The notes under the pieces: generated by a model | The model's input: only the letters and a program-made list of their open reading frames with translations | The model's database searches: none | What the model was told of the DNA's origin: nothing | Shown: piece by piece, positions 1 to 7,603 of the stretch | Position numbering within the stretch: position 1 is the stretch's first letter | How the letters are laid out: every line of letters starts with the position of its first letter | Assembly (NCBI GenBank): GCA_049606355.1 | Contig: JBMYVL010000001.1 | Location: 136,871-168,870, forward strand | DNA from: Opitutales bacterium | GTDB lineage: Bacteria; Verrucomicrobiota; Verrucomicrobiia; Opitutales; Coraliomargaritaceae | DNA: 32,000 nucleotides | Direction of reading: 5' to 3' | Translations under genes and position numbers: made by a program

Positions 1-17
1 TGGCTCTTGCCCAATAA

Positions 18-350
18 ATGGATGCTGCCCTAATTGCTGCTTGCGAAGCCTTTTCGGAGGGCGATAGCCATTTGGCGATGGCTCATATCGATGCCGCCGT
101 ACAGTGGGAGATTGTCGGCGATCACCGCATCATCGGCAGGGACGGAGTCGAACAAGCCTGTACTGAAGCTGCGCAAGCAGGTACGCCGGATTTCACCAAC
201 CATCGCGTCCATGCCCAGACCGATACGGTCATCGTCGAGGGCAGCAATTGTAACGGGGATCTTCACTACTGTGATATTTATCGGATTCGCGAGGGTCGTA
301 TTCAGACCATCACCTCTTATTGCTTATCTGCCTTAGAGGATACACCGTAG
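18..350 (+). CDS. NTF2/SnoaL-like small protein (hypothetical)
   Basis: 110-aa ORF starting at ATG 18. It has an N-terminal helix (AALIAACEAFSEGD) followed by a beta-rich half (VIVEGSNCNGDLHYCDIYRIREGRIQTITSY), which is typical of SnoaL/NTF2 cone folds. The two overlapping ORFs (30..266 minus, 34..336 plus) look like shadow frames. Confidence 0.5.
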   Translation: MDAALIAACEAFSEGDSHLAMAHIDAAVQWEIVGDHRIIGRDGVEQACTEAAQAGTPDFTNHRVHAQTDTVIVEGSNCNGDLHYCDIYRIREGRIQTITSYCLSALEDTP

Positions 351-420
351 CAGTCACAACTTTCGCTTCCTACTTTACTGGGCACGATTGGCGTCAATAA
401 GTAGACCTGCCAGAAAATTA

Positions 421-553
421 AAAAAATATTTACACTAGCTTAAAAAGCTGCATATATCACTTCTAGAGTAATTTACGTACTCCTAGTACTTTATTGTTTA
501 CACATTACGTCTAAATGGGTGGCGTACTACGTTTTAATACGTATATTACACAT
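421..553 (+). promoter_or_regulatory. AT-rich, repeat-dense putative promoter/operator region upstream of the small RHH-like ORF
   Basis: My hand count gives about 31% G+C over 421..540, against about 55-60% in sampled coding lines. TACGT occurs at 474, 506, 528 and 538 (spacings 32, 22 and 10 nt). TTACAC occurs at 430, 498 and 546, the last two as the identical 8-mer TTACACAT. CGTACT occurs at 476 and 523, and AGTACT at 485. TATATT at 542-547 lies 7 nt before ATG 554. Confidence 0.3.
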
Positions 554-763
554 ATGAGCAATCGACAAATAAATTGCTGGATTCAGGACGACACCTACGA
601 ACTCATCGCCCAGCGTGCGAAGCAATCACACCTTAAGCCTTCAGCTTACGGCGCGATGATATTGAACAATTGGGCCGAGAAACAAGATGCTATGACCCCA
701 GTTGAACAGGAACTCAAAGACCTTCGTGCACGAATCGGCGAAGTCGAGGATTCCAACAAATAG
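515..763 (+). CDS. small ribbon-helix-helix (CopG/Arc/MetJ-like) DNA-binding protein, hypothetical
   Basis: 82-aa ORF from ATG 515, or 69 aa from the alternative ATG 554. The pattern RQINCWIQDDTYELIAQRAKQSHLKPSAYGAMILNNWAEK fits strand-helix-helix. The C-terminal tail (ELKDLRARIGEVED) is coiled-coil-like. It sits in an AT-rich islet and I saw no Shine-Dalgarno sequence for either start. Confidence 0.4.
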   Translation: MGGVLRFNTYITHMSNRQINCWIQDDTYELIAQRAKQSHLKPSAYGAMILNNWAEKQDAMTPVEQELKDLRARIGEVEDSNK

Positions 764-881
764 CTCCGACTCCATTGTTAGGGACATGCCTGCGTTAAGG
801 CCGACGCACATTACCTTGATTTTTAACGCTACCCCTAGCGAAAATACCCCGCCTTTTATTTGTGAGCCTGCTAGCAGCCAC

Positions 882-1622
882 TCACTCTTTATACCAGCGG
901 CTCGCCTGCGCGATCGTATATTGAAATTTGCGAGCGTGCTCGCGGATCAGAAACGGCAGATCCCACAGCCGATCTAATTTAAACTGCGGCTCTAAGGCCT
1001 CACGCAACCCGTCAAAGGAATCAGTTGCGTCCTTACCCAACCAATTCTGTGGCGGCGTGTAGCACTCCATCCAGGTAAAAGGAGTCGTGATCACTAACTG
1101 CCCGCCGGGCTTAAGCAAGTCGGGCAAACGTTGCAGCAGGCGCATCGGCTCCGGCAGGCGACAGATCAAATTACACGCAAGCACGACATCAAACTGGCCG
1201 AGGTCCGCGCGCAGCGCTTGCGCATCACCTTGCTCGAAATAGACGCGGGAGCGATCAATCGCCGCGTCCACCCGCAGTTCAAGTTGTGTCGTCCGCGCCC
1301 CCTCATCGAGGCGTGTCGCGATATGTTTACCCTCCACTTTCAAACGTTGCGCTGCATCAATGAAAGCCTGCGAAGCATCCAGGCCAATGACTTCGGCGCA
1401 CTGCCGCGCCAACTCAAAACTGGAGCGCCCTACTGCGCAACCAAGATCCAGCGCCCGCGCATTTTCAGGTATGGTCGAGCTATCGAGACCCTCCAAGGCA
1501 CAACGCACCGGGAAATGCAGCGCATCACTGGCACCAAAGGTGTATGAAAACTGCTCCTCGGCCCTGGCGTAGTGAAACACCAGATACTGTTGTAGCAGTT
1601 CGTCGGACTCGTAGGGGTTCAT
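882..1622 (-). CDS. class I SAM-dependent methyltransferase, OvoA C-terminal-like (putative 4-mercaptohistidine N1-methyltransferase family)
   Basis: 246 aa. The SAM motif I is ALDLGCAVGRSSFELA. The N-terminal NPYESDELLQQYLVFHY and the C-terminal TPFTWMECYTPPQNWLG ... LPFLIREHARKFQYT match my memory of the stand-alone or OvoA-C-terminal methyltransferase family. This is from recollection, not a search. Confidence 0.75.
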   Translation of the reverse strand: MNPYESDELLQQYLVFHYARAEEQFSYTFGASDALHFPVRCALEGLDSSTIPENARALDLGCAVGRSSFELARQCAEVIGLDASQAFIDAAQRLKVEGKHIATRLDEGARTTQLELRVDAAIDRSRVYFEQGDAQALRADLGQFDVVLACNLICRLPEPMRLLQRLPDLLKPGGQLVITTPFTWMECYTPPQNWLGKDATDSFDGLREALEPQFKLDRLWDLPFLIREHARKFQYTIAQASRWYKE

Positions 1623-1689
1623 GATTTAAGGGGCACGGCAATCGAATCCCCAAGGGTCTTGCTTAACGGGCAGTCAATCCCGCAATGAT

Positions 1690-2895
1690 TCAAGCCTCAA
1701 CAGTCAGTTCGGACTCCAAGCAATCGACCATGAAGGCTGCGGGGCGGTAATGCTCAATGAGTACCGTCGTCACCCCGTCCTTGATCATACGGGCCTGCAA
1801 CAAACGAATCTCGGGTGTTTTGTGAGGGGCATACAGCACATCATCGTGCGAGGCATTCTTATGCTCCTTAAATAGGTCCGGGGTAATGTTGCCGCCAAGA
1901 TGATCATCGCGACCGGTCGCCACATGAATAGTACCCAAGATCTTCTCATCCTGAATATCACGTCCCGAGAACGGCAAGACCTGGGTACCAAAGCCCAATT
2001 CACCAATCGCTCCAGTCATCGGATCGTCGGCCAGCTGTGCGTTGTGCGCTTCGATCTCCGCATAATCACCGTACACGAACTGGGACTTGAAAATTTTGCC
2101 GTCTTTTACGTGCAGCAACCCGATCGTGCTCTCATCGTACTTGAAGGGAAACACGCCATCTGCGCTTTCGGGCACGAAGTAAACCTCACCGGCAGGCAAG
2201 TTCGCAACATCCGGCTGCCCCGGAGGACACAGGCCGTGACTCTTTTGCGCCTCTTGACCATTGGTGTGCAATGCCAAGGTGTACGTCGAGCCTTCCACTT
2301 CGAAGTCGATCTCGAAACGATCTGCACCAGTTAGACCACGGCGTAATTTCTCGGCATCGGTGCTCACCGACTCATAATCGACAGAGAGCCCCGTATCGAG
2401 AATGATCTGGTTGAGGCCGTGCAGCGTGGCACCGCGAAAACCAAACTGTTTACACTTTGCTGTGAGTGGCGCAGTTGCTGAGAAGGTCGAAACCACTAAG
2501 ATGATGTCATAGTGGGAGTAAATATCGGTATCGAGGCTGAGTTGCTGCCCCGTCGGATCGTAACACACATCCTCCATATCCAGATTGCTGCCTCCGGTCT
2601 CCTTGTAGGCAAAAATTTCACCACCCGTCCAGTTCATGGACTCCAGCACACCGGCTTTGAAGCCCTTGTAGAAAACTTCGTAACCGTAATTCTGTATCGA
2701 TAAGGTCGGGTCACCGAGAAATTTGTACTCCTGTATGTCCGCAGGATTGGGCAAATCAATTAAGATACAGACACGCTCTCCCTGCCCCTTGCCAAAACAA
2801 GTAGTCAGGAGTCGTGTTAAATCAAACGGTTTAAAAGTGCGTTCGCTGGCGTTCAGTTGCATCGGAGCGGATGGTTGCGTATCGGTGATCATCAT
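1690..2895 (-). CDS. M29 (aminopeptidase T/AmpS)-like metallopeptidase family protein
   Basis: 401 aa. The ordered motifs LPAGEVYF, IGELGFGTQ, DEKILGTIHVATG and NASHDDV correspond to the Glu, Glu, His and His-x-Asp metal-ligand motifs of M29 aminopeptidases, with similar spacing. The N-terminal half is not recognisable. Confidence 0.65.
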   Translation of the reverse strand: MMITDTQPSAPMQLNASERTFKPFDLTRLLTTCFGKGQGERVCILIDLPNPADIQEYKFLGDPTLSIQNYGYEVFYKGFKAGVLESMNWTGGEIFAYKETGGSNLDMEDVCYDPTGQQLSLDTDIYSHYDIILVVSTFSATAPLTAKCKQFGFRGATLHGLNQIILDTGLSVDYESVSTDAEKLRRGLTGADRFEIDFEVEGSTYTLALHTNGQEAQKSHGLCPPGQPDVANLPAGEVYFVPESADGVFPFKYDESTIGLLHVKDGKIFKSQFVYGDYAEIEAHNAQLADDPMTGAIGELGFGTQVLPFSGRDIQDEKILGTIHVATGRDDHLGGNITPDLFKEHKNASHDDVLYAPHKTPEIRLLQARMIKDGVTTVLIEHYRPAAFMVDCLESELTVEA

Positions 2896-3013
2896 ACAGT
2901 GGGTTTGCGGTTGAGTGCTGTCAAAGCTAGGTTTGACTGTAGTGAAACTGATTATTGTATCGCAGCGTTACCCCCAACCTTACAAACGACCCTCCAGCTC
3001 CTCGCAGCTTACC

Positions 3014-3607
3014 ATGAAGCGCCTCTTTGATATTTTGATTAGTAGCCTACTGCTGTGCGCGCTTGCGGTGCCGATGGTCGGATTATGTGGCTTACAATTA
3101 ATCATGCAGGGGCGACCGATTTTCTTTCGACAACTGCGCGCCGGCTATCGGGGACGCCCCTTTAGAATTCTAAAGTTTCGCACCATGCAAACCGGCAGCG
3201 GAAGCGATGCCGAACGCATGACCAAATGGGGCCAATTTTTGCGCAGCAGCAGCTTAGATGAGTTACCTGAGTTCTGGAATGTATTGATCGGCGACATGAG
3301 CTTGGTCGGCCCGCGCCCACTGCCTACGGCTTACTTGCCGCGCTATTCGAAAGTGCAAGCTCGCCGCCACGACGTCCTACCTGGACTAACCGGTTGGGCG
3401 CAAGTTAACGGTCGCAATGGACTCACTTGGGAGCGGCAATTTGACCTCGATAACTGGTATGTGGAACATCGTTCTTTCTTGCTCGATCTGAAAATTCTAG
3501 CTTTAACCATTTTAACTGTTTGCCGACGTGAAAATATTGCTGAAGCCGGCTCCGCTACACGCAGCGAATTTTTTGGCAGCCATCACGACCCCATTGACTC
3601 GCCTTGA
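3014..3607 (+). CDS. small monotopic phosphoglycosyl (undecaprenyl-phosphate sugar-phosphate) transferase, PglC/WbaP-C-terminal family
   Basis: Starts MKRLFDILISSLLLCALAVPM (re-entrant helix), followed by PIFFRQLRAGYRGRPFRILKFRTM, SLDELPEFWNVLIGDMSLVGPRP and GLTGWAQVNGRN. All are hallmark 'bacterial sugar transferase' motifs. I prefer ATG 3014 to the GTG 2915 extension in the ORF track. Confidence 0.85.
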   Translation: MKRLFDILISSLLLCALAVPMVGLCGLQLIMQGRPIFFRQLRAGYRGRPFRILKFRTMQTGSGSDAERMTKWGQFLRSSSLDELPEFWNVLIGDMSLVGPRPLPTAYLPRYSKVQARRHDVLPGLTGWAQVNGRNGLTWERQFDLDNWYVEHRSFLLDLKILALTILTVCRRENIAEAGSATRSEFFGSHHDPIDSP

Positions 3608-3610
3608 CCC

Positions 3611-3907
3611 ATGCCCGAACGCACTGAAATCGAAGCCCTTGTTCTCGAGTCCGTCCGCCTACTAGCTGAGGACTTCGAAATCGATGCATTACAACAGCCG
3701 ACGCTCACCACTGAACTCTATGGTGAAGGTGGTGCGCTCGACAGTATGGCCTTGGTTAATCTAATCGCTGACATCGAAGAGGCCGTTGCCGAACGCTTCC
3801 AAATGAACATCGCACTTGCCGATGAAAAAGCCATGAGCGCCCAGCGCTCGCCCTTCCGTACCGTGAGTCGCCTCAGCGAGGCAGTAGCCGAACGTATGAC
3901 TTCATGA
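3611..3907 (+). CDS. acyl carrier protein
   Basis: 98 aa and acidic. The phosphopantetheine-attachment motif is GGALDSMALVNLIADIEE, with the Ser codon at 3743-3745. It starts 3 nt after the transferase stop and overlaps the next gene through ATGA. Confidence 0.75.
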   Translation: MPERTEIEALVLESVRLLAEDFEIDALQQPTLTTELYGEGGALDSMALVNLIADIEEAVAERFQMNIALADEKAMSAQRSPFRTVSRLSEAVAERMTS

Positions 3908-4599
3908 AAACAATCGTTATCACCGGCACGCGCAAAGGCATCGGCAAGGCCTTAGCCGAGCATTACCTAGCCGCTGGCTGGCGTGTAATTGGTTGCAGCC
4001 GTGGTGAAGCGAGTCTTACGCAGGCGCATTATGAGCATTTCTCTCTCGACGTCAGCGATGAGGCCGCGGTGGTCGCGATGGCGCGTGCAATCCGGCAAGC
4101 ACATGGCACAGTCGACGCCCTGCTGAACAATGCCGGGATCGCCTCAATGAATCATGCGCTGCTGACCCCTGCCACAACCGTCAATCGCATCCTGCAAACC
4201 AATGTTGTGGGAACCTTTTTATTCTGCCGAGAAATCGCTAAACTCATGCGGCGCAGTGCTAGCCCGCGCATCGTCAACTTCACTACTGTCGCGCATCCAC
4301 TTAACCTGGAAGGCGAAGCTATTTATGCCGCCAGCAAAGCCGCAGTCGAAAGTCTGACCCGCATCCTCGCTCGTGAACTGGCCGAACTGAAGGTCACCGT
4401 CAACGCCGTCGGCCCCACACCCATCGAAACCGATCTCATACGCGGCGTACCTGATGAGAAGATGGCAGCGCTTCTCAAACGACAAGCCATCCAGCGCATG
4501 GGCGAAACGCGCGACGTGTGCAATGCCGTCGATTTCTTTCTGCGCCCGGAAAGTGATTTTATTACGGGGCAAGTCCTCTATTTGGGCGGAGTGCATTGA
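3904..4599 (+). CDS. SDR family oxidoreductase (FabG-like ketoacyl reductase)
   Basis: 231 aa. The cofactor motif is ITGTRKGIGKALA, followed by NNAG and the catalytic YAASKAA (Yxxx-K). The ATGA overlap with the ACP stop is at 3904-3907. Confidence 0.85.
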   Translation: MKTIVITGTRKGIGKALAEHYLAAGWRVIGCSRGEASLTQAHYEHFSLDVSDEAAVVAMARAIRQAHGTVDALLNNAGIASMNHALLTPATTVNRILQTNVVGTFLFCREIAKLMRRSASPRIVNFTTVAHPLNLEGEAIYAASKAAVESLTRILARELAELKVTVNAVGPTPIETDLIRGVPDEKMAALLKRQAIQRMGETRDVCNAVDFFLRPESDFITGQVLYLGGVH

Positions 4600-4602
4600 G
4601 GT

Positions 4603-5925
4603 GTGAGTTGGGTTCGGGACAAGCTGGGCAGCAGCAGCGAACACATTGCCTGCATTGAGGCGGGCCACCACTGCAGCTATGCCGAATTACAGCAGCGCAT
4701 CGATGCTCTGTGTGCGCGATTAACCGACTGCCCGCGCCAATCAGTCATCGCTATTCAATCAACCCAAACGATCGACGGTATCGCCGCCCTCTTGGCAATT
4801 GCTGAACTCGAATTAATTGCACTCCCTCTGGGCGCGCAACTCACACCAACCGACAGTGAAACCTACAAAGCGATCGCCGCCGCCGATTACCATCTCCGCA
4901 TCGACGAGGTAGATTCGGCACTGGTCTCGCAAACCGCTGGTCCACGACCTGCACTTTACCAACACTTGTCGGGCAGTGGATTGATCTTGTTCAGCAGTGG
5001 TACCAGCGGCACCCCAAAAGCAATGCTGCACGATCTCAACGCACTCCTGGCGCGCTTTAAGTCGGTGCGTCCGCGAACTGACCGCAGCGTGCAGCTGTTG
5101 TTACTCGATCATATCGGTGGGTTCGATTCAGCATTCCGCACGCTTTTTGCAGGCTCTACCCTCATCATTCCCGACGAGCGCAGCCCTGAAGCATTGGGTC
5201 GCGCTCTAGAGAAGCATCGCGCCACGGTGCTGCCTGCCTCACCCACCTTTCTAAACTTGCTCCTTCTGGAAGGCATCCCGAACCGCTACGATTGCAGCTC
5301 GGTACAGATCATCGCTTATGGAGCAGAAGCGATGCCCGCACCACTATTGAAACGGCTAGCGGCAGCTTTTCCGCAAGCGGAGCTCCAGCAAAAGTTTGGG
5401 ACCAGTGAGACTGGCGCGATCCGTATTCGCAGCCGACATCCGGAAAGCCTATTTTTCAGTATTCAAGATTTGGATACGGAGTGGAAAGTTATCGACGACG
5501 AATTGTGGCTGAGGACGCCCTCTCGAATTCTCGGCTACCTCAATGCGGATAATGCCACGCTTGAGAGCGATGGCTGGTATCGTACCGGTGACTTGGTAGA
5601 AACTGACAGTGGAGGCCATCTCCGCATTGTCGGCCGTAAGACTGCGCTGATCAATATTGGTGGGCAAAAGGTTCACCCCGGGGAAATCGAGGCAGTCTTG
5701 CACCCGATCCCCGAAGTGGACGCCTGCCATGTTTTTGCAAAATCGGATCCGATCTTAGGCAATGTCGTTGCCTGTGAAATCACCACACGGTCTTCTGACG
5801 ACATGCGCACATGGAAACGGCGGATTCGCAGCCATTGCCGGGGGCGCCTCGCCGCATGGAAAATCCCGACGCAGGTACATATTAAAGCTCACCTGGGCCT
5901 CACCGATCGCTTGAAGCGCGCCTAA
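4603..5925 (+). CDS. AMP-dependent (ANL family) acyl ligase/synthetase, compact form
   Basis: 440 aa from a GTG start 3 nt after the SDR stop. The adenylation motifs are LFSSGTSGTPKAM (A3), FGTSETG (A5), GWYRTGD (A7) and GRKTALINIGGQKVHPGEIE (A8). Confidence 0.85.
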   Translation: MSWVRDKLGSSSEHIACIEAGHHCSYAELQQRIDALCARLTDCPRQSVIAIQSTQTIDGIAALLAIAELELIALPLGAQLTPTDSETYKAIAAADYHLRIDEVDSALVSQTAGPRPALYQHLSGSGLILFSSGTSGTPKAMLHDLNALLARFKSVRPRTDRSVQLLLLDHIGGFDSAFRTLFAGSTLIIPDERSPEALGRALEKHRATVLPASPTFLNLLLLEGIPNRYDCSSVQIIAYGAEAMPAPLLKRLAAAFPQAELQQKFGTSETGAIRIRSRHPESLFFSIQDLDTEWKVIDDELWLRTPSRILGYLNADNATLESDGWYRTGDLVETDSGGHLRIVGRKTALINIGGQKVHPGEIEAVLHPIPEVDACHVFAKSDPILGNVVACEITTRSSDDMRTWKRRIRSHCRGRLAAWKIPTQVHIKAHLGLTDRLKRA

Positions 5926-6033
5926 GTTGCCGTAGTTGAACTGAACTCCGAACTCTCCACCAAAGACACCAAACCGCGATTCTGGCTTCGCTTGCTCACT
6001 TGCCCAATCCGGCTGAATCGTGCATAGTAACCT

Positions 6034-6603
6034 ATGCAAATTTCTAAATTCTACCTATTGCCGATAGTTAGCATCCTCAGCCTTTTCAGTGGCTGTGTCT
6101 CACCTGTAGTCGTTGACTACGAGCAAAGTGCCCTACCGCAGTTCAGCAAATACCGTTGCTATACGATTGATTCGCGAGACGAGCGCGTCTCCTATCAGGA
6201 TGTCGCACTCAGCCCCATCGTCGATCGGCGAATTACCCGAGCGTTGCATGCGGTCCTGCTAGCCAAGGGTTACCGCAGTGACTGCCCCGAAGCCGACTTT
6301 CGCGTCACGTTTACGACCTCTAGCCAAACCCGTACCGTAATGCATGACCTAAGTGCGGGACCTCCACCCTTTCGCCGGCATCCTTATTTTGGGTCGATCG
6401 GCTATTCGCATATTAGCATCGACCAATACGAAGAAGGTACTCTGGTGGTGGATGTCATTGATAATGTCAGCCAGCAATTGGTCTGGCGTGGCGCGCATAC
6501 AGCACGTCTTGCCCGCGAAGCGCGCAACGACAGTGAGATTCACAAAATCATCAGTGAAGTCCTAGAAGATTTCCCACCCGGGTTGCTGGCAAATTCTGAT
6601 TGA
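6034..6603 (+). CDS. DUF4136-like lipoprotein
   Basis: The signal peptide carries a lipobox-like LSLFSGC. The C-terminal pattern EGTLVVDVIDNVSQQLVWRG is typical of DUF4136 lipoproteins. Confidence 0.6.
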   Translation: MQISKFYLLPIVSILSLFSGCVSPVVVDYEQSALPQFSKYRCYTIDSRDERVSYQDVALSPIVDRRITRALHAVLLAKGYRSDCPEADFRVTFTTSSQTRTVMHDLSAGPPPFRRHPYFGSIGYSHISIDQYEEGTLVVDVIDNVSQQLVWRGAHTARLAREARNDSEIHKIISEVLEDFPPGLLANSD

Positions 6604-6639
6604 GATTGACTCGATGGCGGATTCCCGCGCTCTAGGGGC

Positions 6640-7239
6640 ATGAATATCGTCTGCCTCGACTTGGAGGGGGTACTCATCCCCGAAATCTGGATCGCGTTTG
6701 CCGAAAAAACCGGCATCGAAGCACTCAAGCGCACCACGCGCGATGAACCCTGCTACGACACTTTAATGCGGTATCGCTTGGACTTGCTCGACCAACATGG
6801 CTTCAAGCTCGCAGATATCGAAGACGTCATCGGAACATTGGATCCATTACCAGGCGCGCTAGAGTTCGTCGAATGGGTCACTGCGCAAACACGCCTCGTT
6901 ATTCTATCCGATACCTTCAGCCAGTTTGCCGGCCCATTGATGGCCAAGCTCGGCAACCCGACACTTTTTTGCCATGAGTTAGTGATCGACGAGAGCAATC
7001 GCATCGCAGATTACCAACTGCGCCTCGCCGATCATAAACGTAAAGCTGTCGAGGCGTTTAAAGCGCTTAATTTTAATACTTTTGCCGCGGGTGACTCCTA
7101 TAACGACCTGACGATGATTGATGTGGCCGACCATAAGTCTTTGTTCTGCCCACCGGAACGTCTGACCACTGAGCGACCTGAGCTACCTGTAGCGAATACG
7201 CACAGCGAGTTGCGTACGATTATCGAGCAAGTCTTGTAA
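6640..7239 (+). CDS. thrH: bifunctional phosphoserine phosphatase / homoserine phosphotransferase ThrH
   Basis: 199 aa. The N-terminus MNIVCLDLEGVLIPEIWIAFAEKTGIEALKRTTRD is nearly identical in pattern to Pseudomonas ThrH as I remember it. It also has the HAD motifs DLEG, ILSDTF and AAGDSYND. Confidence 0.85.
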   Translation: MNIVCLDLEGVLIPEIWIAFAEKTGIEALKRTTRDEPCYDTLMRYRLDLLDQHGFKLADIEDVIGTLDPLPGALEFVEWVTAQTRLVILSDTFSQFAGPLMAKLGNPTLFCHELVIDESNRIADYQLRLADHKRKAVEAFKALNFNTFAAGDSYNDLTMIDVADHKSLFCPPERLTTERPELPVANTHSELRTIIEQVL

Positions 7240-7286
7240 GCAGGGCGAAAATTTTCGGGCACGACCATCTACGACGTTCACAACAA

Positions 7287-7583
7287 ATGCTCCTGCACTC
7301 GGTATTTTTCTGGCTTCGCAAAGACCTCAGCGCAGCCCAACGAAAGCACTTTGAGGCTGCCCTCGAAACGCTCAAAGGCATCCCTTCGGCCGATGCAGTT
7401 TACATCGGAACTCCTGCAGACACTCCGGAGCGACCTGTCATCGACGCAAGCTATGACTTTTGCCTAACCGTGCTGTTACAAGATATGGAAGCGCACGATG
7501 CCTACCAACAGGATCCGCTTCACCAAGCGTTTCTTGCCAATAAAGAACTTTGGGAGCGGGTGCAGATTTACGACGCCGACTAA
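7287..7583 (+). CDS. Dabb (stress-responsive alpha/beta-barrel) family protein
   Basis: 98 aa. Starts MLLHSVFFWLRKD, with HDAYQQDPLHQAF near the C-terminus. Both are characteristic of Dabb dimeric ferredoxin-like proteins. Confidence 0.7.
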   Translation: MLLHSVFFWLRKDLSAAQRKHFEAALETLKGIPSADAVYIGTPADTPERPVIDASYDFCLTVLLQDMEAHDAYQQDPLHQAFLANKELWERVQIYDAD

Positions 7584-7603
7584 CTGCGGCGACCACGAAT
7601 TGA

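Noticed and set aside
1131-1547. A 138-aa plus-strand ORF inside the methyltransferase gene
   Set aside because: It is antisense to a gene with a clear SAM-binding motif and conserved termini, and has no motifs of its own.
1641-1651. A tRNA T-loop-like string, atcgaatcccc, in the 67-nt spacer between the methyltransferase and the peptidase genes
   Set aside because: The flanking bases do not form a T-stem or an acceptor stem, and the spacer is too short for a tRNA. I did not treat it as a tRNA or an att remnant.
2915-3013. Long N-terminal extensions proposed by the ORF track. These are GTG 2915 for the sugar transferase, and similarly 18262-18429 for tyrA, 20530-20631 for cmk and 29932-30099 for the phasin-like gene.
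   Set aside because: The extensions use alternative start codons or overlap upstream genes. They translate to non-homologous sequence placed before well-defined family N-termini (MKRLFDIL, MFQQITILGPG, the IAIDGG P-loop, MIDLVKK).
7246-7257. Palindrome cgaaaattttcg downstream of thrH
   Set aside because: It is AT-only and very short, with no flanking GC stem or T-run. It is probably a chance occurrence.
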